64,000 nucleotides of DNA. Origin: the human T2T-CHM13v2.0 reference genome, Homo sapiens. Both the position numbers and the translations under genes were made by a program. How positions within the stretch are numbered: the stretch's first letter is position 1; each line of letters starts with the position of its first letter. Shown piece by piece: positions 14,171 through 27,307 of the stretch. Location: assembly GCF_009914755.1 (NCBI RefSeq), contig NC_060925.1. One strand, written 5' to 3'. The notes below the pieces were generated by a model. The model had not been told where the DNA came from, made no database searches, and saw only the letters and a list, made by a program, of their open reading frames with translations.

Positions 14171-14959
14171 GGCAGGAAAGAGTGCCGGTGAATTTTTAAA
14201 TTGTAAGGTTTTTTTTTTATAGCTACCAATAGCATAACTTTTCACATGTATGGACATAATATGACAATTCTGACCAAAAGAAAGAGGATTTAAAGTTTGA
14301 ATACAGAAAACACGATAGAGAAGGATTCTGCCGTTCCAGGAGCACAATGCCTAAAAGCTGTCCCTTTTTGCATAGAACCATGGTGAAAGATAAGCAGATG
14401 GGAAAAGAGCCCAGAAATCTGCAATGTGGGATATCCTGAAGAGAGCTCAGACTTCTGGTTCAGCAATTGATCTGAGGCCAACACTGGCCTGAGGTGAGTC
14501 TGCAGTGTATATGTCTGGATAAAAGTGTAAGAGTAAGCAGAGATGTCAGCAAGGCCCAAAAGGCATTTGTGACCACTAAGAATATGGCTAAACATGGTGT
14601 TCCTTAAAACTAGAAGTTGATTTAATATCACAGGACTATTTAAAAAATCATCTCTTCCATGACATATTTTTTTTATCATCTCCTACATGATATACATCTC
14701 TTTTCACCACCTTCACCAGTAACTATGGTTATGACTTAATTCTTTCCTCCATCTCCTTTTCATTTGAGGTCCAAGACATAGAATATTGAGAATTCAGGAT
14801 TTGGAAGTAAAATTTTAATTTAGAAACATTGCTTAGGGGGCTTAGAGACAAAACGCTTATCTTTAGGGGCAAATGGCCAAAGAGAAAGATCTACTCTAGA
14901 GCATACGTGCAGCTTAATTTCCTAGGAAGCTCCTTCTACCAACCTCTATAGTTGGCTTT

Positions 14960-15630
14960 TGTCATCTTGAACATCCTTCTCAAGCTTCTACCTCATCCCT
15001 GCCTTGTTTCCATCAACAAATGACACATCATCCTGGAGAAAATGGAAGTTATTAGGCGTACGTTCTCACAGTTTCACTATTCCTTGTTCTAACTCCGTGT
15101 ATCCTCATCTTCCCTCTTGACTTGGATTAACAAGACTAAAGTCACTCTACCACATGTCCCCTTGATCTATCCCTTTTACTCCTCAAACTACTACAACTCT
15201 CTACTGAAAGTATTTTGCCAATGTCACCACTGACTGTATAGTTGCAAAATCCAATGGCTATTCTTTAGATCTTTCATTTCACAACATATTGCATGATTGA
15301 TTAAATCATCAATTTCTCATTTACAAATTTTTAAACATTTTAAAATTTCTTATTTACATTGGATTTTATGACACCATTTTCTTCTAATCCACCTACTTAT
15401 TATTTTTGATTAAGCTTTCAATTTTTTTTCTTCTTTTGACTGTCCTTAAATACCAGTATACCCTAGGCTTCCTTTTCTTCCAACTTTACACTTATCTTTC
15501 CTGGAGAGTTTCATTCATTCCCGTGATTTCAGCTACTACTTCCATGTCTATAACTAAAAAATCTTAGTGTTTAACTAGATTCCTGCTGCCCAGAATCATA
15601 TACATAACCATTCATCATTGAACCCTTGAA
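14960..15630 (+). mobile_element. L2 LINE fragment
   Basis: gccaatgtcaccactgac...gcaaaatccaatggctattc, tttcattcattcccgtgatttcagctac. Confidence 0.7.
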
Positions 15631-16129
15631 TTCCAGTTAAATTAGTTTTCTACCTCATGCAGGCTTGCTTGATTTTCATAAAAATTGGAATTTCAATTTG
15701 TGAGACATGCTTCTAGATCTAAAAGCAGAATTTCAATTGGGATAAACTTATGTTGTATGCGGGCAATGTTAAAATATGCATTTAAACTGAAGTATGAAAT
15801 GGAAGAATGAGGAGGAAAATACATGGGTTAAACTATAACCCATGACTCCTCTTCCTCTCCCATTCCCTTCCTTCTCTTTCATTCCTTTCTTATCTATTCC
15901 TGAACAAGTGTTTCTTAAAGCCAGTAGGTAGGCAGAGCATAACAGGTGTTCATGTGGAGAGGGGACCTGATGTTTGATCTTAGAGGTCAAGCAGGGTGAA
16001 GAGGGTGCGACAAATCGGAGAGGCCTAGAGTGTGGTGTCAGAGTCCACACAGTGTTGGAGGCATGCACATGGACAGGCGCCTTATGTGGGGTGTCAACGT
16101 CTGAGCTGAGTGAAGAGTGTTTCATGCAG

Positions 16130-17510
16130 AGGAGATGATGGCAGCAGAGATGGAGGAATGGTTACATCTAGAGTGATAGATCAAAACAATAAATATATTA
16201 ACATTAATGGGATCCAAGTTCTTACTTTTGGAGAAAAGAGATATACATGTGGCGGGGAGAAGACTAAAATGAACCCTGTGGTGTTGTATTTAATTTGGAG
16301 ATATTAGTGTGAACTTATGATTAAAGACAGATAACAGATATAAAATAATATAAATATTAAATGTATTTGTGACAAGTGTATACACATATGCTACTTATAT
16401 GTACACATGTACTACATACACACATGCATATACACATATGCAAACACACATACATTTGTATACTCCCTATCTCTGTGCATTGTAAGGATCTTGGAGCAGC
16501 AGCTCTTCTAATATCAGTGAGCACAGTTAGCAGCTAAATATTGGTTTCTAAATACCATTCTCTAATAAGAGAAATCAGAGCTCCTTGGGGAAATGACTCA
16601 TTCCAGGTCTGGGGAGGGAAAATATAAGATGAGCTGGAATATTTTATGCCAGAAAGTGAGGAAATGATCAAAGAATGATGGAGACTTGCCAAAAACACAG
16701 GCACCTGCTTGTAGGGGCCCTCAATGACCAACCCAAGGGCAATTTCAGCATCAAAATAAATTATGGTAGTAATAGGTTATAACCCATTGTATAAAATAAG
16801 AAACCATGGCTTCATATATGTATAAATAAACAAATGAATAATTCAAAATTTGATGAGGAAATGGATAGTTATACAGTCTCAAAATACCTCTCTACAGAAT
16901 ATTTATTAATTACACAGTGAGAAAGAGTTACTTCAGTGGAGAAGCCTAGCATATACCACCTTAATCAAGCAATCAAAGTGAACATCATTAATAAGATAAA
17001 TCAAGACTGTGTCCCACCTGGTAGGAGGCAGTGAGAATACAGTATCACTTCTGTGATATTCCTGCCAAAGATGCCTAACCTATATCATGAGAAACACCAG
17101 AAAAATCCAAACTGAGGGACATTTTACTAAATAACTGCCAGTTATCTTCAAAAATGTTGAGGTCATAAGCATCAAGGAAAGAATAGTTTTTCTAGACTGA
17201 AGGAGAAAGTGGGACATGAAAATTAAAAGGCACGCATGATTCTTAGCTGAACTCTTCTGATGTAGGGGACATTATTGAGACAATTGGTGGAACTTGAAGG
17301 GGGTTCTGAGGAATAGACAATAGTTATGTATCAATGTTAATCTGATTTTGTGGTTATACAGGGGAATGTGTTTGTTGGAAACATACTAAAATTTCCTGGG
17401 GTGATGAGCATCAGGTCAGTACCTTACTTTAAGTTATTCATGGAAGAAGTTTTTTGTACTTGCAACTTCTCTGTAAGTTTCAGGGTTTTTTTTTTTTCAA
17501 AATAAAAAGA
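16130..17510 (+). mobile_element. L1MC/L1MD 3' region (the only + strand L1 recognised)
   Basis: atgaaccctgtggtgttg, gtggagaagcctagc...caccttaatcaag, tgtacttgcaacttctctgtaagttt...ttcaaaataaaaa. Confidence 0.8.
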
Positions 17511-18319
17511 ATTATCTAAAAATATGAAGCTATGGATTGGATAGGTCATCTAGGTTCTGAAAACAAGGTGGAAAGAGGTGATACATAGTACCAGGGTGGG
17601 GCAAGGCTGTTTAAATGGGTTGTACAGGGCCAGGGAGATTCTAAGTCACTGAATTGTAATAACTACACACTGAGAAAAATGCAGAAAGATTCCTAGTGAC
17701 TCTGCATCCAACCATTGAGAATCAATAGAAAATTAAAGAGAATGAAGAAAAAATGAATTCTTACAAATCATCATCAAACAGGAATGCCAGAAATAAGGTT
17801 TTACTTTTCACTGGCAATGATTAGGAAAGGACATCTCTGTCTTCTCACTGTCTCCATTCCTACCCCTCTCTCTCTCCATTCCCATCTCCATCTGTGTCTT
17901 CCCTTTCCCAACCTTTTGTTTCTTTCTAAAATCTGATGTAACCTCCCTCCCAACCCACCAACAAACCCTCTTTGTATGTAAAACCACATTCTTGAACTGG
18001 GAAGATTTGACTTATTATCCATTTAAAATGTAAATGTCTAAGTGGACACTCTAATTTTTGGCAGGTCATGAGTTACTTAAACATGTTACCAAAGGGGGCC
18101 CAAGTAGAGACTGTTCCTGTTTGTGTCAGCCAGGCAAGACTTACCTTTGTCTTGTAAATGGTGGGCTGTACTCTCCTTGCCTTATGAAGTTCAACCTGTT
18201 ACAGGCTGCACCTGTCTTTTATCACATATGACTTTAGGTCACATTATCTCATTTCTGCTGAATGGGTGGCTGCACATGCACAGTGCACATACACATTTGT
18301 ATGTATCTAGTTATCATGT

Positions 18320-18872
18320 ATATTTATTTAAATTTCACAAATGATGAATAACCATAGAAAAATAAACAGATAAAAAGCAATAGACAAAACCACAACAAAC
18401 CAAACCATATGAAATCTCATCCAGAGAAAGCCACTGTTGCACTTCATTAAATATAGTTGGAGATCTTTTCCTAGGCAAAGATATATTTGTGTATGTGTAT
18501 GCATATTTGTGTTAACAAAATAAAACCATACCAAATTTACTGCTTTGTAACTTTTTTTCACTCAATGATATTTTACGGTTATTCTCTCATGTCAGTAATT
18601 GTGGCTCTATATCTTGTTTTTGAATGTCTGCATAGTGTTTTATTGTGCATCATCCCCATACCAATAAGGGCTTGTATTGTTTTCAGTTTTTGCTATTATA
18701 AACATCAGGTTGATAGACATCTTTGCAGATACATCTTTGTGCATTTGTTCATTGATTTTCTTTGTATTAATTCCTAGAAGGGGGATTTCTGAATCAATGG
18801 TTTTGGGATTCTTTTGACATATATTGCCAGACAACACTCCAGAAAGGTTGTACCAATGGACATGCCTGCCAG
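18320..18872 (-). mobile_element. L1ME 3' fragment
   Basis: gtttcagtttttgctattataaac, aattcctagaagggggattt, ccagaaaggttgtaccaat. Confidence 0.75.
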
Positions 18873-18974
18873 AAACCTTACTAAAAATTTTTTAGAGGAA
18901 TAATTTATACAAAGTAAAGTGCATAAACCTGAAGTACACTGCTCAATGAATTTTTGCAAATGTACATACCAGTG

Positions 18975-21360
18975 TGAAATGGTTTGTCTCTCTGTCTCCA
19001 CCCAAATCTCGTGTCAAATTTTAATTCCCAGTGTTGGAGGAGAGGCCTTGTGGGAGGTGACTGAATCACTGGGGCAGACTTCTCCCTTGCTGTTATTGTG
19101 ATAGAGTTCTTATGAGACCTGGTTGTTTGGAACTGTGTAGCACCTCCCCCTTCACTTTTTCTTTCTCCTGCTGGTCATGTAGGACGTGCCAGCTTCCCTT
19201 TCCCCTTCTGCCATGATTGTAAGTTTCCTGAGGCCTCCCCAGCCATGCTTTCTGTACAGCCTGCAAAACTGCAAGTCAATAAAACCTCTTCTTTATAAAT
19301 TACCCAGACTCAGGTAGTTCTTTATAGCTGTGCAAGCATGGACTAATACAGAAAATTGGTACCAGAAAAGTGGAACATTGTTGTAAAAATAACTGAAAAT
19401 GTGGAAGCAGTTTTGGAACTGGGTAATGGACAGAGGTTGGAACTGTTTGGAGGGCTCAAAAGACAGGAAGATGAGGGAAAGTTTGGAACTTCTTAGAGAC
19501 TTGTTGAATGGTTTTGACCAAAATGCTGATAGGGAAATGGACAGAGATGGCCAGGCTGATGAGGTCTCAGATGGAGATGAGAAAGTGACTGGGAACTGTA
19601 GTAAATGTCACTCTTTCTATGCTTTAGCAAAGAGACTGGCAGCATTGTGCCCCTGCTCTAGAGATCTGTGCAACTTTGAACTTGAGAGAGATGATTTAGG
19701 GATCTGGTGGAAGAAATTTCTAAGCAGCAAAGCATTCAAGATGTAACTTGGCTGCTTCTAACAGTGTAAGCTCATATGTGTTTGCAAAGAGATGGTCTGA
19801 AATTGGAACTTTATTTAAAAGGGAAGTAGAGCACAAAAGTTTGGAAAATTTGCAGCCTGACCATGTGGTAGAAAAGAAGAACCTATTTTCTGCGGAGAAA
19901 TTCAAGCTGGCTGCAGAAATTTGCATAAGTAAAGAGGAGATGAATGTTAATAGCCAAGACGATGGAGAAAATGCCACCAGGGCATGTCTGAGATTTTCAC
20001 AGCAGCCTCTCCCATAACAGGCCTGGAGGCCTAGCAGAGAAAAATGGTTTTTGTGGGTGAGTCCCAGGGCCCTGCTGCTCTGTACAGCATTGGGACATGG
20101 TGCCCTACATTGTGATCACTACAGCCATTGCTAAAAGAGGCCCAGGTAAAGCTCAGGCTGCTGCTCCAGAGGGTAAAAACCCTAAGCCTTGATTGCTTCC
20201 ATGTGTTGGGGTGGCTTCTGTGGTGTTGGGTTTGCAGGTGTGCAAAGGGTAACAGTTGAGGCTTGGGAGCCTCCGCCTAGATTTCAGTGGAGGTATGGAA
20301 ATGTCTGGATATCCAGGCAGAAGTCTGCCTCAGGATTAGAGTCCTCATAGAGAACCTCTACTAGGACAGTGCAGAGGGGAAATATGAGATTGGAGCCTCC
20401 ACACAGAGTCCCCACTGGTGCAATGCCTAGTGGAGCTGTGAGAAGAAGGCCACCATCCTCCTTACCCCAGAATGCTAGATCCGCCAACAGCTTACTCTGT
20501 GCACCTGGAAAAGCCACAGGCACTCAATACCAGCCCATGAAAGCAGCCACAGAAGGTGTACTCTGCAGAGCCACAGAGGCAGAGATGCCCAAGGCCTTGG
20601 GAGCCCACTCCTTGTATCAGTGTGTCCTGGAGGTGAAACATGGAACCAAAGGAGATTATTTTGGGGATTTAAGATTTGGTGACTGCCCTGCTAAGTTTTG
20701 GACTTGCATGGGGCCTGTAGCCCCTTCGTATTGGCCAATTTCTCCCTTTTGGAACAGGAGCATTTACCCAAGGCCTATACTACCATTGTATTTTGGAAGT
20801 AACCAACTTGTTTTTGATTTTACAGGCTCATAGGTAGAAGGGATTTGCCTTGTCTCACATGAGACTTTGGACTTAGACTTTTGAGTTAAGCTGAAATGAG
20901 CTAAGACTTTGGAGGACTGATGGGAGGTCATGCTTGTGTTTTGAAATGTGAGAAAGACATAATCTTTGGTTGGGGCCAGGGACAGAATGATACGGTTGGC
21001 TCTGTGTCCCCACCCAAATCTCATGTAGAATTGTAATTCCCAGTGTTGGAGGAGGGGCTTGGCGGGAGGTGATTGAATCATGGGGGCAGACTTCCCCCTC
21101 TTCCCCCTTGCTGTTATTGTGATAGAGTTCTCATGAGATCTAGTTGTTTGAAAGTATGTATCACTTCTCCTTTTGCTCTCTCTTCCTCCTGCTGGCCATC
21201 CAGTGCCAGCTTCCCCTTCCCCTTCTGCCATGAATGTAAGTTTCCTGAGGTCTCCCTAGCCATACTTTATAGCCTGCAGAACTGTGAGTCAATTAAAACT
21301 CTTTTCTTTGTAAATTACCCAACCTCAGGTAGTTCTTTATAGCAGTTTGAGAATAGACTA
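18975..21360 (+). mobile_element. Full-length MSTA-type MaLR retroelement: 5' LTR 18975-19350, internal 19351-20987, 3' LTR 20988-21360
   Basis: Two homologous LTRs (tga.a.ggtt...cacccaaatctc), purine-rich PPT ggggccagggacagaa before the 3' LTR, about 1.6 kb internal region. Confidence 0.93.
19399..20833 (+). pseudogene. Frameshifted MaLR internal (gag-like) ORF remnant
   Basis: MRESLELLRDLLNGFDQNAD...ALAKRLAALCPCSRDL, continued in other frames (19748-20017, 20369-20833); broken by stops and frameshifts. Confidence 0.8.
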
Positions 21361-21889
21361 GTGTAACTACCATTCAGATTGAGACACAGAACATTTTTGT
21401 TACCCCAGAAAGTTGCCCATTGAGGCAACCACTATTCTGACTTTTGCCATTATAGATTAGCTTTGTTCCTAAACTTCATGTAAATGGAATAGTATAATAT
21501 ATACCTTTATATGTCTGACTTTTCTTGCTCAATATAATATTTTGAGGATACATCCATATTGTTTTTTATATCAGTATTATTTTCTTAAATTTTGGGGTAG
21601 TATTTTATTATCTAAACGTGCCACAAGATTTTAAATCTGTTTTCCTTGCTGATGGATAATTGTATTGGTTCAAGTTTGAGGCCATTATGAGTTGAGTTTC
21701 TGTGAATATTGTTCCACATGTCTTTTTCTGGATATATTCATTCATTCTTATTGGGTATATATTAAATTGTGGAATTGTTGGGCCATTAGCTAGGTATATA
21801 AGTAGCTTTATTAGAGATTCCTAAATAGTTTTTCTAATTATTGAGGCAGTTTACACTATTCTCAGCAGTGTATTAAAATTTCCTGTTGC

Positions 21890-22590
21890 TGTTACTGGTG
21901 GTGAATCCATACGGGTCTGCAGCAAACTCAATTCTTGCCTCCCAGAAGAAAGAATTCAACTGAGGGGCATAAAGCAGAGTGAGAGACCAAGGCAAGTTTC
22001 AGAGCAGGAGTGAAAGTTTATTAAAAAGCTTTAGAGCAGGAATGAAAGGAAGTAACGTACTTGGAAGAGGGTCAGGCAGGTGACTTGAGAGATCAAGTGC
22101 ACGGTTTGACCTTTCAACTTGGGGTTTTATATGCTGACATACTTCCAGGGTCTTGTGTTACTATTCCCCTGATTCTTCCCTTGGGATGGGCTGTCCGCAT
22201 GCACAGTGGCCTGCTAGCCCTTGGGAGGGGAGCATGCGCAGTGTTTACTGGTGTTGTATATGTGCTCACTTGAGGTGTTCTTCCTTTACCAGTCAAATGT
22301 CCCTAAAAGGTCATATACCAGTTAAACTTCACCATGTTGCCTCTTAATGTGTGTGCTTGAGCCCACTCACTCAACTCCTGAGATCTTGTTGGGAAGCTGC
22401 TAGTCACCATGTCAAGTGTTTCTTTTTACTGGTGGATTGCCTTTCTTTGGCACTGGCTGAGACCAATTATTATTCTAGAGAGACAGTTTAACAACTGCCT
22501 GACCGTCACCTGATGGTCACCTCACATTCCTGGTAGGGGAGGGAGCTCTCTCCTGCACTGTTCATGTCTGCCTGACTACCTACTGTAACA
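21890..22590 (-). mobile_element. ERV1 solo LTR, MER50-like
   Basis: TGTTA...TAACA ends, 4-bp TSD ttgc/ttgt, tacgggtctgcagcaa...cagaagaaagaattc. Confidence 0.8.
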
Positions 22591-22719
22591 TTGTTTCACA
22601 TCCTTCTCAACACTTGAAAGTAGTCCTTTTCTATCCTCCAAAGCCATTTTATTATCTTTGTGGTAGGAAACATTTATCTTCTCCCTATTTTGGTTATATG
22701 CTTAATCCAGCACTTACTA

Positions 22720-23400
22720 AATTTATTCATTTATTAATTTTTGTATTTAGTTAATAAATATGCATTAAACAATTATTATTGTGCCTGATATTGTATTAAG
22801 CCTTATGGGTACAAAGATGAACTCATAAGGAACTGATAATCTAGCAGATAACACAGGTATGTGATGAAGGCAACAGCATAAGCATGTACTTTTGCTGAAG
22901 CACATGGTGATACAGAGAAAGGATAATATTAAGGAGTGAAAGATGGAGGGGACAGCAAACAGGATTGTTGCATTTCCACAATAGAGATGATAATAATAGC
23001 TAGCACTTACTGAGCACACGTTCTACTAGATACTGTGCTAAGTGTTTCACATGCCTCATCCTATTTACTGTTTGGTGTAGGTTATATTATTACTATGCTC
23101 ATTTTACAGTTCAGAACATTGAGACATGGAGAAGTTGAACAACTTGTCCATAGCCACACCACTAGTAAATTAGGAAGCTGCTATTCCAACCCAGGAAATT
23201 AGGCTCTGGAGCATACACTAGACTCTTGCTTAGATAACAAGATAATGTGTGAACAGAGGGGTCTTGAAAAAGGCATGCAAGGCAGTGAAAGCAGCTGTAT
23301 ACCAGCAGTGGGACAGAAGATAAGATGCAGTCTGGCAAGTCTGAGGAACCTCCAGTAAGAGGCCAGAGGGAATATGATAATCAGAGCCAGAAGAGATTGG
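22720..23400 (-). mobile_element. L2 fragment with a MIR inserted at about 22990-23225
   Basis: L2 tail atttattcatttatt; MIR core cattttacag...gagaagttgaacaacttgtcc. Confidence 0.7.
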
Positions 23401-23499
23401 AATGAAAAATGGCAGCGGCCAAACCTGCTGGGGTGGGGGTAAGGGGAAATGATGATAGAATTCCAGGGATAGCTGTTCACTGAAGGTCGCCTCTTCTTC

Positions 23500-26260
23500 T
23501 GCCCTATCATCACCAATCACCAAGAATATTTAAATGTTTCATCATGTTGTTGAATGAGCCATTTGGGCACACTTGCCAAATAACTGAGCATTTGAATTTC
23601 CTCGAATGGAGCAGGAAGAATTACTTGAAGGTATGTGAGCAGACCCTGGTTTCAGATATGACGGTTCCCTGCAGCGTCTGCTTGCCCGGTGCTTTCTGTT
23701 TAACACGTCCATCTGCTAGGGAGACGTCGGCTTTCACATGAGCTGAGGACAGTGTTCCCAAGCCTTCTGAAAGAGTCCAGTCATAAAAGGATAAAACCCA
23801 AGCAATGTTCTGATGTGTAGTGCAATGGGCGATGCCAGTTTTTGCTAAAATAGGATTAAGTTAAAAAACACACACTGTAAAGCATTTGTCTTGCTTAAAT
23901 AATTTAACAGGTCTTGCATTCCTGTTTCAGTCAGTTTCAACAGAAACGCTTCTCTGGGGGTTGTCCTCGTGAACATCATCAGACTAATCATGTGGAAGCG
24001 CGCCTGGTGCCAGTTGGATCAGGAGAGAGCGGGTGGGTGCCTTGTGGTCCTGGTGAGGATGGGAAAGGAAGCAACGTAAAGTATACCTTTGGGGAAAATG
24101 CAAACTTTTCTTGCCTGTGGAGTGTGTGTGTTAGTATTCAGAGACTGTTGGCCCATTGTTTGCGACTCCAGCCTTCTCAGCAGAATGCGTGGCAGATGGC
24201 TTACATTTGCATTAGCCTTCTGGAGAAGGAATTTGCTACCAACAACATAAGCTGCAGCTTTTCTTTTCAGAATTTACAACAAATTGGCCAGAATGGCAAT
24301 TTAAAAAAAAACATTAGCATCACTATTTCCACATTCCCTTTCTGAATAGGGTAAATGATTCCCTCTCCAACTGTGTCATTTGCACTCCCCCCTCCCCAAA
24401 TGTTTATTAAAATGATTTAGGTATTTCATTATGCAAAATGACTTTTATAAAAAGACCTTTCTTTTTGCCCCACAGTCACACATAATTTCTTTTGTCACTT
24501 GTTATAGAGTGGAGTTATGTGAAGCTAGGACATATTATTTGTTCTAGTCTGTATTGGATAATTTATTACATTAAGGAACCAATAATTTTCAAATATAATC
24601 AGATTTAAGTTTTTAATAAGATTCATCTTCCCATTCACACTTGCTTAATTTAAGGATATTAAATCTGCTCAGGAACGAGCTGCCTCTCAAAGCCTGTGTG
24701 CCCATTAAAGGGCTTTATTCCTGATGTGTTAATAGGATTTAATTACATTACTGTCTTCATGCAGAGTCACAGTGCAATAGTTAACTGTGATAAGCCAAGC
24801 AAACAACAGCCTGAAAAGGAAGTTGTGTGTAGTAGTTGGTTTATCGGCTTAGAAAATCAAGACGATTATTATTTTAAAATTGATGGTTGCATGCATTTGC
24901 ATCATGTTTAGTTCAAATGCTGAAGAGAACAAACTTTCTCTTTTCCTGTAAAAAGAAAATCACTTAAAAGGCCACCCACATAAAAGGTGAACAATAAACA
25001 CTTAACAGAAACTACTTAATTGCCATTTATCTTTTGAATTGCAATGAGATTTTTACTAGCGACTACAAAGAGATTTGTTTCAACAATTTACCCTGCTATT
25101 CTTTTGTCTTTTTGACTATTACATCCCTGATTTGGAGTTCAGAATAATAGCTGTGTTCATGGTTAAAAAGTAATGATTTTTAAATTGCTCTTTTATCCTG
25201 TCTTAAACTTTAAAAAAAAGTCTGCTCCAGCTCTGGCCCCGTTTCCCCCTCCTTGAGTCCCCCAATTGGTTTAATGACAGCAGAGCTTCAGCCTCCTGTG
25301 GCCTGACAGGAGAATGAATCAAGATGCTGCCCTCAGTAATTCTTGTCAATTTCTCCATCAGGATCATTTGCATCGATTGGAAGTGTTGACTTCTGTGAAT
25401 TTCTGTTTCATGTGAACTTGACAGAAGTCAGTACTTTTGCTCCATCACAGATGCCTGTGAAATAGAAGAATGATTTTTTGAGCATTCCAATGAATTTAAA
25501 AAAAAGAAAGAAATAAAGAAAAAGAAAAAAGCCCAGCAATATGCTATCTGGTTGAACTTTTCACTTCCAAAGTGATTGACAACTTCTGACACATTTTCAT
25601 GAGAGATCACAGACCTGGCAAACAAAATTTGAGATGATATACAGTCTTGCTTTACTTTGTTAAGAGTTGTTATGGAGTACAAAGAAAAGGCAAGAGAAAG
25701 CATTCAAGTTAATTTTCTTGTTAACGGTCACTTTCTACCTGGTCTGTCAGAAAAATGTTTCTAATGTGATTTTTTTTTTTTCCCCGAGCCAAGATGGTGG
25801 AAGGTAGAGAAGAATGGGAAGACGACTACGCCCTTACTATTATTGTTCTGGTTTCCTTGGAGCCACTCCACTTTTATCTCTTCTATGTGTAGGGATTTTT
25901 GTATACATTTTTAAAGCAGTTTCACTTTTCAAGAAAAGTTTGAAAATCAAAGAACAACATTTGCTGCTGTTCATCCCTCAGCCTGCTGTTTATGGTGATC
26001 ATCAAGATTCCAGTGTGTATTCTTCCAGGATTGGCTCTGAGAACAGTCGGAGGACTGGACCCTCGAGGCCATGCTGAGGCTCTGTGCACTCCTCCTGCCC
26101 TGCTGTACCTGCTCTGTCCCAGGGTCAGGTGGCTCAGGTCTACGTTCCTGGCTGTGTTTGGGCAGGTGGCCACTGTGCTTGTTCTATCTTCAACTCTGCT
26201 AAAATGTACCATGAAGTCTTTTCTTATACTCCAAGTTGGAACTGATTTCTCTTTTCTGTG
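23500..26260. promoter_or_regulatory. Repeat-free candidate enhancer/promoter block with POU octamer cluster
   Basis: No recognisable repeat in about 2.7 kb; CpGs retained at 23650-24200; ATTTGCAT at 24205, 24895 and 25366. Confidence 0.45.
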
Positions 26261-26264
26261 GTCC

Positions 26265-27307
26265 TGTAGGGGAGGGAAAATAATTTTCTATCTATCCTTC
26301 ATAGTTCTTAGCTAGGACAGACTTATATAACAAAATAGAGATTAACAAGAGAAAAAACAAACAAGTTTAACATGTATATTTTATGTAACATGGAAAACAC
26401 TCAGGAAATGAGTAAATCTCAAATCTCAAAAAGGTAGCATTGAATTCAGGCTCATATAACATCTCCAACAAAGAAACAGTAAATTTTTAGAGAAGTAACA
26501 AGACAAAGGAAATTGATTTTGAGTCCCTAGGTGTGGCCAGTTGTGGGAAGGCAAACATATGGTAGATAAAGGCTGGCTGGTAAAATCTGCCATGTTAGAC
26601 GGTTTGCCAGTGCTGTCTCCAGGCTGATAAGGACCTAAAATTATCTTCAGTGATCAACCTTTGTTCTTCCCAGTAGAGGAGTGAGGAAGGATATCTCTGC
26701 CTTTGTACAATTATGTCCTGTTTTTAAACAAATGGGAGAGGACAGAGAGCTTTTCCTGTATCTGCTTCTTCTCAATTGCCTTTGTAGCAGGATGAGCCAC
26801 AGACAAGAACCCCTCAGACACCCAGTTGTAGAAGGAAAGGGCTTTATTCAGCTGGGAGCATCGGCCAACTGATGTCTCCAAAAGTTAGCAATTCCTATCC
26901 CTTTTAAGGGCTCACAACTCTAAGGGGGTCTGCATGAAAGGGTCGTGATCGATTGAGCAAGCAGGGGGCTCAATCGAGCAACATGGGGGCTGCATGTACC
27001 GGTAATCAGAACTTAACAGAACAGGACAGGGATTTTCACGATGCTTTTCCATACAATGTCTGAAATCTATAGATAACACAAGCAGTTAGGTCAGGGGTTG
27101 ATTTTTAACTACCAGGCCCAGGATGTGATGCTGGGCTATCTGCCTATGGATTCCATTTCTGCCTTTTAGTTTTTACTTCTTCTTTCTTTGGAGGCAGAAA
27201 TTGGGCATAAGACAATATGAGGGGTTGACTCCTCCCTTACCTTCGCCCCCAAATAATCCTTATACCAATAAGGCATATTGTGGGGTGGCATATTCTGGTC
27301 CCCTACA
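26265..27307 (-). mobile_element. MER34/MER39-family ERV1 solo LTR, split by LTR2
   Basis: TGTAGGGG...CCCCTACA ends with perfect 4-bp TSD gtcc; ggggtggcatattctggtccc terminus. Confidence 0.85.
26783..27239 (-). mobile_element. LTR2-family (HERV-E/Harlequin) solo LTR
   Basis: Minus strand begins TAAGGGAGGAG...CCCCTCATATTGTCTTATGCCCAATTTCTGCCTCC; perfect 4-bp TSD cctt. Confidence 0.88.

Larger units (their letters stand above)
18886..22620 (-). mobile_element. L1MC/ME 3' end split by MSTA and MER50 insertions (pieces 18886-18974, 21361-21889, 22591-22620)
   Basis: L1 sequence is colinear across both insertions (catacca/gtgtaactacc; cctgttgc/ttgtttcacatcc). Confidence 0.8.

Noticed and set aside
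20369-21231. 154-aa and 155-aa ORFs, the longest in the track
   Set aside because: Both lie within the MSTA element: one is a decayed MaLR frame, the other antisense LTR/internal sequence.
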